64,000 nt of DNA from Daphnia carinata (lineage: Eukaryota). The notes beneath the pieces were generated by a model. It was given only the letters and a program-made list of their open reading frames with translations. It searched no databases and was not told the DNA's origin. This document shows, in pieces, positions 1 to 14,050 of the stretch. A program made the translations under genes and the position numbers. Position 1 is the stretch's first letter, and each line of letters begins with the position of its first letter. The stretch is taken from the NCBI RefSeq assembly GCF_022539665.2, contig NC_081334.1, positions 1,736,001-1,800,000 on the forward strand, in the 5' to 3' direction.

Positions 1-50
1 AAGCACCAAGAAGTTAAGTTCGAACACATGTTTCGATATTTTCATCTTAC

Positions 51-121
51 TTTGTGACGTCAACGGACCACTACCGCCGCCCTCACCAGCTTGTGGACAC
101 TCTGGCAAAATGTCCTTCACA
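51..121 (-). pseudogene. Degenerate CCHC zinc-knuckle exon fragment (Vasa/CNBP-type repeat unit)
   Basis: The segment is flanked by tttaacag and gtaag. It reads C-EGHFAR in one frame and ECPQAGEGGGSGPLT in another, and ends CAC AAA. This is a GHFARECP...GGGSGPxTCHK knuckle unit with small deletions; 71 nt is not a multiple of 3. Confidence 0.45.
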
Positions 122-1191
122 CTGTTAAACAAAACCATAGTTTAAAGTAATCACACTAGGAATACAAGAAAACACTTCCTTATGACCCTGGACAGAAAAA
201 ATGTAGATCAGAATGAAACAAATTAGATTATATAGAGGTCAAGAAGTAAAATCTAGCGAGGACGGTCTATCTAGCGAGTAAAGTAGACAGCAGACTACAC
301 GCGTTAAGCCAATCTAAAAGTATGCCTGAAAAAAAAACTGTCCGACGAGCCACTGTTTAAGGCGCCTCTTGTGGACGCAAAAGTCATTACGAGAAATTTT
401 ATCCACCACAAATTAAATGTTTTTAAACATTTAAAGTACTTATCCAAATGAAAATTTAACTTAAGAAAATTAATATGTTTGAGTAATACAAAGTCGTTAT
501 TGTGTATTATTTTCACAGCGCAACAACCAACAATGACTTCGTCAACAACCATTTCAAAACATCGTCCCATCCGACCCAATTCAAAACAACCCCTACATTT
601 TGTCCGGTGAATCAGTCATTGCAAATGGACACAAATCGTTGCGTTATATGACTACGAGGTGGCAGTATGGTCAACATCACACAAAAGGTGGCGGTCAGAT
701 CGATGCGGAGTTTGCGCTAGTGTACAAGAAAAACATCTTGGAACAGTCGGTCGGCCTCGCATTCCACACTCATCACATGATCAGGAACATCGGGTAAAGG
801 TAGATTGGCCGTCATCCCAGGTAGATCTGAGGAAATAGGGGCGCTGGATCACAAAATATATGAAATGGGCAAAACATACAGGACTTTCAAATAACATTTT
901 AATTTTGAAAAATACTTACAGGCTATTGGTAAAATCAGGCAATTGGCGTTTCCCGTTGCAGCATTGCTCGGTTCTCTAGGTTTAGGACATTTTAGTGCAC
1001 AGAAACGATAAATATCTAAACATTTGCTCTTATCCAGTGCGATTTTGTTTATTTGTTAGTAGTCATGCTTAACTGCTGAAACCATGAAGAGTGAGCTAAA
1101 TAATAGTTCAAAGTAAATAACCCAGGCGTTTGACACTGCGACTGTGATAAATCTTTTTAAAACTTAACACTTAAATTCTCCTCTATCGTTT

Positions 1192-2596
1192 TTAGAACAC
1201 CAAATTTGATTGAACTTCGTTTAAAGTTGCAGCTGATTTTTGAAACTGGGATCGCTCGTCTTCAGTTAACGTTTGCTGGATAATGTCTGTAATGCCGCTT
1301 TCGCCGAGAACACATGGGACGGAAAGGAAAACGGGGTGCTGAACACCATGGATTCCCTGCCAAAAATAAATAAATAAATGAACATTTCTAAATTCTATTC
1401 CCCATTACCTCGACTGCTGTCGAGACTGCATGCACGTTTCGCGTGTTCTTCAATATGGCTGTTGTGAGAGTCGCAACACTTGCAGCCATTGCCCAAGACG
1501 TGTGTCCCTTCAAACGGATAATTTCATAAGCGCTATAAGAACAAAATGTTTCGTTAAACGTTCATCTTGAGAGGGTCAGATACAAACCAACCTCTGAACA
1601 ACTTGTTTATGAATGTCATTCCAGTTTTCAGTGTCTGATTCCGCCCCAGCCGCAGGATTGAGATCCCTCAAACGAACGCCGGCAACGTCGACACCGGACC
1701 ACACAGGAACTGAAACCATAGCAAAGCGAAAACAAGAGTGGGTGTGACAGACGTCTACTGACCGGCTTTTCATTACATTCTTACCACTCGTGTCACCGTG
1801 CTCTCCAATAATCCAGCCGTGGATCGAATTTGGTGCAACTTTAAATCGCTCAGAGAGCAGAAAGCGGAATCGAGCAGAATCCACGTTTGTACCAGATCCA
1901 ATGACACGTTCTTTTGGTAGTCCACTTAACTTCCAGGCCACATAGGTCAATAGATCAACGGGATCAGAAACTATGAGAAGAATGGTATCGGGACTGTGCT
2001 GGACCAGTTTTGGGATGATGTCTTTTAAAATTTCTGTGTTGCGTTGCACCAAATCCAATCGGGATTCACCCTCACGTAATTCAGCACCAGCCGTCACGAT
2101 ACACAATTTAGAGTCAGCTGACAGAGCATAGTCTAAATACAAAATTTAGCGAGAACCAATGATGTTTTGCGTTGAGATGAACGTAGTTTTAAAACTATTT
2201 TTACCTGAACCAGAGCAGATTTTGACATTATGGACAAAAGCCAAACCGTGCTGCAAATCCATCAACTCTCCCTTAAGTTTGTCCTCCATCACATCGACCA
2301 ATGCCAGTTCAGATGTTATACTCTATAAGAATATATTAATTACTCAGGCCAAAGATGTACAACGTAAAAATCCGAACACTGTTCTCACCTGGTTGACGAA
2401 GCAAAACGCGATAGACATGCCAACCTTAAATTAGTTAAAAAACAACAAAAACTTGGTAAAAAATGATACAATGTTATACTATCTAGGGCTTAACGTTTCA
2501 AACCTGACCGGCACCGACGATCGTTACTTTCCTTCCGGAAGAAGGCTTCTCTGGTGCACTAATCTGCGTGTGAAACTTTAGCTTTGCTGACGCCAT
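1192..2596 (-). CDS. Ldh: L-lactate dehydrogenase family protein, tandem copy 1 (7 exons)
   Basis: Approximate exons: 2596-2504, 2424-2389, 2321-2204, 2132-1785, 1709-1592, 1532-1409, 1356-1192, all with GT-AG introns. Motifs include [50 protein letters not shown] and FLSVPCVLG. The ORF is intact to ...QSNLVF*. Confidence 0.96.
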
Positions 2597-2794
2597 TTTT
2601 CTGATTTTCCGTGCAGTATACAGAAACACATCGGCACTAATGAAACTCGTAGGAGTGAAACGTCTCCTACAGCTGAACACTCAATGCAGACTGATGCAAC
2701 AACTTCCTTCGTTTAGCGCACTTTTTTTTCTCTTTGTTTGTCTATGCCCCCAGTGGTAATGGCAACAAAAGAATAGCCCCTCCTACGAGTACAA

Positions 2795-2847
2795 GCGCGC
2801 GCAACCTGTTTGAATGTCAAACTAATGTCACTTAAGGCACGTCTTCC
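2795..2847. promoter_or_regulatory. Conserved upstream module of Ldh copy 1 containing an HRE-like ACGTG
   Basis: GCAACCT-N8-GTCAAA-N-TAA-N-GTCA-N-T-N5-CACGTCT lies ~200-250 bp upstream of the ATG, with the same spacing as upstream of copy 2. Confidence 0.6.
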
Positions 2848-3321
2848 CTGATCTCATTGATTGGCTAGACTTCTTCTTCTATTCCCTGTCGCAGCGGGAG
2901 TTTACCTTTGTGTTCGAAAACGCACTAAAGACGTTCTTAAATTTGTTCCAAGTAGGCATTAACGTTGCAATCCTAAGTACCCCACGGCATCACGAACAGC
3001 TTGGTGCTTGCTTTTAACCGTAGGGGAAAAACCTCTTCCCATGAGAACACAAAAACGTTTACAGAGTTCACGGTTAACGGTAACATTTGGCGTCAGCAAA
3101 GAAACAATTTGCATTACTCATCATCAAGCGGTTAGCGGTAACATTGTCGAGTGTTCTCTGTCAGTTACATCTTACAATGATACTCTAAGTGAACGATTAA
3201 AAACAATAAATACTTTGGCACCAATCAAGACCACAGAATTGTTCTGCATTATTTATGTTGTGTAATAAACACACAATCCCTGCAATGCGATGGCCATTCA
3301 CAGTTAACCGTTACAGTATTT

Positions 3322-4755
<1,434 letters not shown>

Positions 4756-4964
4756 TTTTCCTATTTGTTCTGTGGTGACTAGTTGCAAACTGACACGTTT
4801 GGACCGACACACTTGCGACAATGATGTGCTCCCATTCAAGACTATGACGCACGCCAATTTTTCCTTGGTCTTTCTACAACCCTTTCGTGCGTGTATACTT
4901 TGCCGACCGGAATATGTTGGCAGCCATGCAACACCGGGAATAAAAAAAAAAAGGAAGGAAAGAA

Positions 4965-5018
4965 CGCGCGTGCAACCTACACCAAAGTCAAAATAAAGTC
5001 ATTCGGGACACGTCTACC
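4965..5018. promoter_or_regulatory. Conserved upstream module of Ldh copy 2 containing HRE-like GCGTG/ACGTG
   Basis: GCGTGCAACCT-N8-GTCAAA-N-TAA-N-GTCA-N-T-N5-CACGTCT is colinear with the copy 1 module. Confidence 0.6.
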
Positions 5019-5766
5019 ACAAACTTTGAATAAACAAACGGACGGCTGTTAATTGACGTACTCTTTTCTTTCGTACAATTACGGCATTGATAGTCAATCA
5101 ATAAACCGCAAATAAACAAAGCCAAAGCGGTGAAATTTGTATTTGTGATGTTCCTCCCTGACAACCATCGATAAATGTAATAGGGCCTTTGATTAGTAAA
5201 AAAAAATAATGTGTGTTTGGAAGGGAAAAAAATTAATCATGGGGGGGGGGGGGCAAAACAAATGTACGGATCCCCCAAAAAATTCAGATTGAATTACATA
5301 AAAAAAAAAAAGCAAATTTTTTTTTTTTTTTGCTTGGCGAATAAGGTCATTGAGGAAGGTGATTACATAAGGGGGGGAATAAATAGTTCACACATTCACA
5401 CACTTTGTCATGCACACATGGTAATTTTTTTTTCTTTAAGGATCACCTTCACCTGTATACGGAAAGGCTCTTTGAAGTCGTTTTTTTTCATACAACTATA
5501 TGGTGAACATAACACTGTTTCCTAATCCGACCTCATCCAACGGACCAGCCGTGCGCAAGCTCCTTTACATCTCCGATTGCGTACGTACGTTCGATACTTT
5601 TATCTTTTTTTTTTTCAAAGGTTTTTTTTTTTTTCATTTTCTTTTTACATTGTGATATAGCGTGTCAACGAGAATTGTTGAGCAGTATTGGACTTGGAGG
5701 AAGGACACGTGGGATGATAAATCGAGTTATACCTCAAAATTGATTGCAGATTGCAAAGGGCCGTCT

Positions 5767-8700
5767 TTATTCGTGAACGCGGACGCAGCGACCTCTGTAG
5801 CACAGCTCGTACATCAGAGACACTTCGGTGGCCGTGGAAACGCCCAACACTTGACGATCGTCATCGGCCAATTCTTTCTGGTCCGACTGGTCGTCCACCT
5901 GATTACCTGCAGCCAATTCGACGACGCTCTCTTCTTCCTCCACCGCAGTTTCAGGCTCCACGACAACTGCCGCTTCTGTTGTGGTTGTCACAGTTGGTTC
6001 TGTTGCCACAGGTTTGATTTGTTCCTCGACGACATCTTCTTCCACATCAGCAACGTCGTGTTCTTCTTCGGGAATCTCCGAGAAGGCCTCGGCGATCGTC
6101 ATGGTTGGTCCAGTTGTAGGCGCTGAAGTTGAACTGGAAATGGGTTCGACCTCATCAACAGTTTCAGGTTCAACAAACTCTTCGTTCTCTTCTCCCTCTA
6201 CTTCATCCGTAAGGATCTCCTCTTCTTCCTCTTCTTCTTCTGCTCCCTCAATGTGTCCTTCTACGGCCTCTTCTTCCACGAACTGATCGTTGGTTAAAAT
6301 TGGATCATCCGTCACCAGTTCATCGGTCTCTTCTTGGAGAACATCCGCAGGCTCTTCCTCGATGATCGGAGCGGCCGTGGTGGTTGTTGGGGCCTCGGTT
6401 GTGGGACGATTGATGCGGATGTTCTGTAATGAGGGTCGATTTTCGGGGACACGACGGCCGATCGGGAGCTGAAGTTGGACAGGTGGATTGTTGATCAAAA
6501 TCGGTTTATGGTCAATTCCATCGCGGATGCCGAATTCGAGCGATTGAGGGGGTATGAAATCTTCTTGCGTTCGGACGCTTTGCTCTTCTTGGATGCCGAA
6601 GATTGGCTTTGTAATGCGGACGGATGGAGGCAATGGTCGCCTGATGACAGCCGCTGGTCGAAGGACGACTTGTCTATTAGGAGCTTCCGGCCTGACAGGT
6701 GGTAAGGGAATGCGTGAGGAAGAGAAAGTGGTCTTTCCGCGAACGCGCAATGGCTGTCCGTTGTTAGTAAGGAGCTGACTGGTCACTTCCGGCTCGACAG
6801 TTGTCTCCCTCTGGCGCTGGATGGCCTCGTAAGGAGACCAAGGCTTCTCCGCTGGCTCCACAGATTTCGCATCTTCAACAGCCACTGGTTGTTCTTCTTC
6901 CTCTTCCTCTAAGGCGAGGTCTTCATCCTCGATGGCTGGAACGTCTTCTTCTTCGACTAGAACACTAGGACTATCTCCCCTAAGGATTTCTTCTTCACCA
7001 GCGGGTTCTTCCGTCGCGACCGAGTCGACGAAATGAGCTGCTGTTGATGCTACCGTTGGTGGCGCTGTTGTTGTGGCCGCTGGAGTGACGGCTGGTGGGA
7101 CAGTTGGGACTGTCGTGGCCACGACTGGTGATGCTGTGGTCGGCGGGGCTGTCGGTGCGGCCGTCGTGGGGATCGTAGTTGGTGCGACGGTACGTGCTGG
7201 CGTTGCTGCCTCTGTGGGAGATGCAGTTGTTCCAGCAGTCGTCGGCGTCGAAGTGGTGAAACTAGCCGAGTTGAGTCGGATGCGACCTCTTCCACCGACT
7301 AAAGTGCTGACAGTTTGTCGCACTGGAACTGACGGCTCGCTTGAAACTTCAGAAGGAATGACGTTGATGTTGGGTCTGTTGAACCGAATTCTTCCACGCT
7401 GATTGCCTGAGGCAGCGTTCTGTGATTCCAGCGTCTGGAATGATTCTTCACGATCGTCGACAGGTGGATCAAGATCGAAAGAGGATGACTGCGATTGTTC
7501 CAAAACTGGTTCTTCCACAACGAATGACTCAATTTTAGGTTGTTCCACGACGATCTGAGGCTGCACCGGCAGTGGGGGTGACACCAAAGAGTTGGTCTTG
7601 ACTTTGTTTCGAATCTTTTGACCGAACGACGCTTCGATCGGGACTTCAGGTTGCTCATCTCCTGATTCGAAGTTGATTGCGGTAGACGCTGGAACTTTCT
7701 TGCGATTTTGTTGACGTTGAAGCTGTTGACGTTGACGGACGCTCTGGAAATCCGGCCATCTGGGAGCGCCACCTTCCAACGGGACGCGATTGATGGGCCT
7801 CTTCTTCAACGGACGGACAGTGGGAGATTCGGTTGGCTCTGAAACTTGCGGAGCTGGAATAGGAATAGCAGCTGGAATCGTCTGTTCGAAGGCGGGAGTA
7901 GGAGCTGGCACGGGACTATCTTCCGCTGGAGGTGGTGCCAACGTGACGGCCACCGGAACTTCCGATTGGAAAGCGGCCGGAACAATATCGACGGCCACCG
8001 GTTTCAATTCAACGACAGGTTCGACAATCTCTTCAACTGGAACAGCCGGCTGGATTGTTGTTGTTCTTGGAGCTTCGGATACTGGGACATCGTCAATGAC
8101 TTCAACTACTTGAGGAACTGGACGCGGCTTAATGAGTTCCAAAAATTCAGGTGATTCCACAGCCAAAACGAGTGGCTCTCTCGGAGCTGGTTTGGAAGCT
8201 GGTTGGGTTGGTGGGGAAGGTGGTGGGGGTGGTGGAGAAGTTGCAGGTTCGTCCAGTGTTTGGAATGGAACGAACCCTGTTTGCAGGCGGACGTCTGACA
8301 GGGACTGCTCAAAGCTCGATGGCGGTGGCTGTTGGAACTGAGGACGCTGTGCGTCTGAAACGAACGTTTGCTTCTGGAACTGTGGCTGGAATTGCGGTTG
8401 CTGAGATGGAATCGGTTGAAATTGCGGTTGGGGAGGCTGGAATTGTGGTTGGAACCGCACCTGCTGCGGTTGAGGTGCTTGAAATTGCACCGGTTGAGGT
8501 GCCTGGACTTGCGCCGGTTGGGGTTGAGGTGCCTGGAATTGCGGTGGCTGGGGTTGAGGTGCCTGGAATTGCGCTGGCTGGGGCTGAGGTGCCTGGAATT
8601 GCGTTGGCTGGGGTGGCTGGAACTGCGCCGGTTGGGGTGCAAGGAATTGCGCCGGTTGGGGTGCAAGGAATTGCACCGGTTGGGGCTCTGTTGGGTGGAA

Positions 8701-10097
8701 CTGAACCGGTTGGGCTTGAGGTGTCGTGAATTGCGCTTGCACCGGTTGGGGCTGGTTTGACTGGAACTGAGCCGGCTGACTTTGAGGAGGTTGGAACTGT
8801 ACGGGCTGAGGAGGTTGGAACTGTACGGGCTGAGGCTGCTGGAATTGTGCAGGTTGAGGCGGCTGGAATTGCACTTGCTGGAATTGCGGCTGAGGTTGTC
8901 TAAATTGCGGTTGAGCTTGCTGAAACGGGGCGGGTTGAGTCTGCTGCTGAAACTGTTGAGGCTGTTGCTGAACCTGCTGCAACTGCGAATGAAGCGCAAA
9001 CTTGACATTCTGAATTGGGATTTGCACGCGTCCGTAGCCTTGCGGGACGCTGTAATCGAGCGGCGCCACGAAAAGGGGCGGATGGGGATTGCGTGGGTCG
9101 GGTTGTTGTTCTCGCTGCGGGGCACCGACATAGGTCACGTCAAACTTTTGACCTCCAGACGGTTGGGGGTAGTTGGGTGGTGCCAAAAAAACGTGATAAG
9201 AACCATCCGAGCTCGGTGGCATCCTCTGCAAATCCATGAGAAGAGCCCCGACGTCGACAAACTTTTGCGGGTCCAGTGGGTTTTGATTGCGCACGATCAA
9301 CGATACCTTGTCACCCGGTTTCACGTGAACAGGAGGTTCATTCTAGTAGAAAAGAATTAAAAAAAAAAAAGAATAATAATAAGGGATTGTTGTTGTGTTT
9401 TTTGTTTTTGGTTTTTTAAGTTACAGCAAAGCCATGGAATTTCTGATGAATGACGTCGTTTCGAAAATGACCGACGGCGTGATAAAAAATTGAGGTCAAT
9501 GCGGAACTGAACAAAAGAACAATGGCCACAACCACATACCAACAAAATAAACTACGCTAAATACAATCGTACACTCCATTTTCGAATCACGGAAGTGACT
9601 GACCCCTTACCATTCGCCCGACTATTATTATATACTTCCCCCCGCTCCCGATAAACCACTGGATGAAACGGGAGTCGTGACAATTACACGACTCTTTTCA
9701 AAGTGTGCCAATCGTATTTTTTTAACGCACGAAAAAAAAAAAAAATAAATACTGTTAGGCGGGCATTAGATAGTACGTCAAATTTACCTGAAGGTTGTTG
9801 GAACCGGAAGCTTGGAAAGGCCCGTCCTGGCGCCGCGAGGCTGCTGGTCCAGGTAGGGAGAAGCGCGGAATGGGGAACTCGTCAGATACGGGACTTGAAT
9901 TGATCATAACCGGCCGCGCTACCTGATAGCGATCGAAGAATACGACGTCCATTAGCAATGAAAATGGCGACACTGTGTTGCATCATTACCTGGCCCGAGT
10001 GATGAACGAACCAAGTCTGGTCGGTAGGCAGGGCCATGAGCAGTGGAACCGCTCCCAAAACGGCCATCACCGTCAAACAGCTTTGCAGGGCCAGCAT
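5767..10097 (-). CDS. Large secreted low-complexity (Pro/Gln-, Thr-, Glu-rich) mucin-like protein of unknown function (~1270 aa, 3 coding exons)
   Basis: Exon 1 (10097-~9990) encodes signal peptide MLALQSCLTVMAVLGAVPLLMA. Exon 2 spans 9922-9788 and exon 3 spans 9342-5767 (the 1185 aa ORF), joined by in-frame phase-0 GT-AG junctions. The protein ends with a short Cys motif, ELCYRGRCVRVHE*. Confidence 0.85.
8340..8985 (-). repeat. Coding minisatellite-like repeats (24-30 nt units encoding QP[AV]QFQ[AP]P)
   Basis: Units such as ggttgaggtgcctggaattgcg and gttggggtgcaaggaattgc recur on the + strand. Confidence 0.85.
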
Positions 10098-12223
10098 GTT
10101 TGCTGTCTGACCCACCAACGGGAACTATGCCATCACCACAAATAGAAACACCATAAATAATTACAATTTGTGAATTACAGGGTATTCGATAAAAAGTGAA
10201 AGAACAAACATAACAAAAAATACAGAGAGCTTGAAAAACATTCTATGGAATAGCCAGACGGAGTTAGTGGGTCAGTGGACCGACCCATTGCACGCAAACG
10301 TCACGCATTCCGGTAAGATTTTGTCCACGTTTTACGTTGAGATGGGTAGGATAATGGAAAGCCATTCGTCGAGGTCCATTAACCTCCGCGACGGACGATG
10401 ACATTTAACGCGGCTAAGAAATTGTGTTTGTTGCTAACTGATCCTAGTGAAATCTTGGCTGATGTGTATCAATCGGTCACAGTTGATTTCATCTTGGCCG
10501 TCTATAAACCACAGTCGTTATAGTTTTGCCGAAGTAAAAAACAAACAAAACACAATAGAAAAACAATGGTTCATTTGCATAGCTCTATGGATATGCGTCC
10601 TTCTTTTTCGGCTGTCCATCTTCAGCTATTTGGGTCAAGTGAAAATCTGAACGAAAGCACATCACAAGAGGAGGAAGAAAACACGCAGTCTAACAGCTGG
10701 AATAAAAGATTAAAAAGTGGAAGAAAAGAAATCTTGAGGAAAAGAAAAATCTTTTAAAATATGGGTCGGGATGTGCGCACCTGCATCACACGCGCTTTGG
10801 GCTTTCACACAGAGGAAACACACAACTCATCTGAGGGACCACAGCTTTCCCCCTCAACGTTTTTTCTTTGTTTTTTTGGGGGGCCTTTTTTCCTTCACTT
10901 CTCTTTCTCCTTGATGTCTTTAAGCTACAGGTGGCTGAGGCCAATGAGAAAAAAGGAAGAAGACTGCCTAATAAAAATCAGTGCGCAAACGAATCGCGTT
11001 CCTTTCGCTTCTTTTCTCTTTCCGTCTCAGCTCACGGAAAGTTTTTTGGTATACGAGCCTCCTCTTCCGCTCATTTACTTTCACGCCATTTCAACACTTG
11101 ATCCTAATGGCACAGCTCTCATGAATCACGAGCCCGCCAGTTATCTTTTCCCACGCCTTAACGAAACATTGTGTGAGGCGGTTTACGGAGAGAACATAAA
11201 GCGTACGGAAGGGAAAGTTTCACATCATTTGATCGTTCCAGGATACCAATCAAAAGACGAATGAATCGATTATCTACCACGTTCCTGTAGAACGTTTCTA
11301 ACTGTGGAAATCAGGCAATCAGATAAATACAATTGTTCGATTATTGGCCGGGGTAAAAAAAAAATTAAGTCGTCACGAACGTTCGTGAGTCGTCGAAATT
11401 TCCGCCCCATTCAAAAAAGAAAATGTTTCCTAAATAAATTTCCAGACTGTAATAAAAAGAAAGATTCGAAGAACCTCAGAAAAAAAAGGGTACCTGGTGA
11501 CCTATTTATTGTTTAAATATATCTATCTTTACGTCTATGAATATCCACGTAGACGTTAAAGGTGCACGCAAGCCCTTCTTCCCGCCTAAGGGCGGTGAAG
11601 TTCGAGTAACCTGCCGCCCATCGGAATGCGTGTGTGCGCTTTGATGCGGAGGGGGGGAGGTCGTTGCGGAAACCTTCCCCCGGATAGACAATAAAAATTA
11701 TCGGGTGTAACACTAAATAAAAAGATATAAAAACAGGTTCTATTCCTCCCCTTTTTTTCATTTTTAAGGTCTTCCAAGAGAGCTTTGCTGATTTTTTTTC
11801 TATTTTTTCCTACAAAACCTGCTACGCATAGTTATCGGTTATTCTGACGTGTCATGCAATTGAAAAAAAAAAAAAAAGATGCATCGATGCTTTAAATGAA
11901 AGACACACACAAAGCGAGGGACTTGACTGAAAAAGGCATTTTACACTTCCCCGGCCGGTCTAAAATGGAGGTCAGCCGGTCAACCTCCTCCTACTACTAC
12001 GTCGCTGACTCTGTTTTGTTTTGTTTGTTTTCCTACTGTCTCCTGATTTCCATAGATGTCGAAAGCAAAAAATGTAGCTAGCGCACGATTTTTTCGGTTC
12101 CAGTTTCTCAATTTCAAATGGGAACGCAGTCAGTGTTAATCAGATCCTCTTAATTAAAAAAAAAAAAAATACAAACACACACAGAGAGAGAGAGAGAAAA
12201 AAAACAGAAAGAAATGAACTTAC

Positions 12224-12442
12224 CTAGAAGATTTACGTAGTAAACACGGGGAGGTCGGTCACACTGATCACTTGAACGGAACAGAAAGCGAAGTGGGCAC
12301 TGGGAACCACTGCCGCGTGGTTATACAATCAGGGATAGGCTGCGTGTAGAAGAAAGACAAACTAAAAAACAAAAACAAACAACAACTCGGCAGCCAATGG
12401 ATAGTAGAACTTGAGCTCGTGGAGAGTTGAAGAACGACTGCC
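12224..12442 (-). other. Putative non-coding first exon (5' UTR) of the mucin-like gene
   Basis: A strong donor ag|gtaagt is present at 12224/12223 and an Inr-like GCAGTC near 12440. An acceptor (catag|) near 10125 just upstream of the ATG has no other obvious partner. Confidence 0.35.
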
Positions 12443-14050
12443 GATGTTGGCTTCCACTCCGTCCGGGTTTGATTCAACTTGTTGCAGCCGAGCTGGATGA
12501 AGCGAGACAAGAGGCGGGAATTTTTTCTTTTGACTTTTTCTTCATGCGGGTGTGCCCGGCACTTGTGGCTAAGGGGAGGCGGGAGAATTGGTGGAGGGAG
12601 TCGGTTGGAAAGAACTCGGTCAGACAAGGCCGACGTCGATGACACAGAGAACGAGTCGAGTAGGTGAGGAGAGAGCCAAGCGCTTCAGGTTACCACCCAA
12701 CTCCTTTTGGCCCTCCTCCTCTCCTCGTCGGCCGACACAAGACGAGGAAGAAGAAAAAGACAAAAGGCAAAGGTAAGGTACGAAGGCAAGAGGGCAGCAG
12801 GTAGGAACGTCCTAGATTCTCTCTCTCGATGCACCTGTATGCATGTTATGCACGTACACACGAGGCACGGCTTAGGCGAACCGATTAAGATGGAAGGGGG
12901 ACACTCAACTCCACCTTCTTTTCAAAGGGCCACATTAGCCAGAGGACAACAACAATAACTGTGTGTGTCCACTGACCCGTTGTCGAGGGTATCCGTCCGT
13001 CCGGCAGACAAAAAGGAAACGTTTTTCTTTTTTCTCAACGATTGGCAATACAATTGGATCTTCTTCTCCTACCCACAGCCCCAAACTCATGCATAGACCG
13101 TCATAACAGAGAGCGGGTGGGCTTGCTCCTAGCAAAGTTCGTACATGTAATAAACAGCAGGGGGCTCTTTCTCTCATATGGCCATACTTGAGCGTTGACC
13201 TAACCTAGCTGGCACATGGCCCTGACTGTATCCAGTAAGAAGGAAAAAGATGCAACGGATGGACGGGCAGGAAGAAGGCCATCTCAAAGAGATGAATCAG
13301 CCAGAAGCCTTTGAGTGCGTAACCTACTGACATCCATCCCTCCCGGCCGTCAGCTCTTTTTTACATTCACGTTGAAGCCGCCGACCAAAAGAGTTAGCCA
13401 CTAGTCACGCTTTCCTTGAACGATACGAACAATGATTAAGCAATCGCAGAATGTCAATCGCTGCAGAACACACCGCCATTTGGTTTACCAATTGACACGC
13501 ATCGTTGCCCTATCTCGTCATGTTGAAAAGCGCGGGGGGACAGAGGCACAATGCGGCGATGGAAGAATGAAAAAAGTAGGCTATCTTGGAATTTTGGACG
13601 CTTCGGGCTTGGAAAGCTTTTCGCAACTTTCGACTTGCTCTCTAGCTGTCAATAAGGTTCTTTGACTTTATCGGCTGGTTACGGGTAAAAAAATCCCGCC
13701 CTTCTCCTATTCAGTGAGCCAAAAGATCCGAAAGAGAGCGCGTAAGTAAAGAAAGAAAAAGAAGAAGGATAGGAGAAGACATTCATTGACAAAGTAAACC
13801 AGATTTATATTCGTCGCTATGTTCAGCTGCGGAAATCTTACTTGTCCGTTTTACACGGGCGACACAATATTGGAATGAACGAGTGGACCACGTGATAATG
13901 TTTCGAACGTGCTTAATTTGAATTAGAACCCTACTGTTACGGCAAATCACGATCACGACGAATAACGGTGGAAAGTTAAGCACGAGAGGAAAATTTAAAT
14001 ACCGATCCCAATGTAAATAACTCTGAGGAGGGGGTATACAGTAGACATGC

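Noticed and set aside
5662..9360. Numerous overlapping ORFs (70-340 aa) on both strands
   Set aside because: They are shadow frames of the repetitive, GC-richer 3.6-kb exon on the minus strand.
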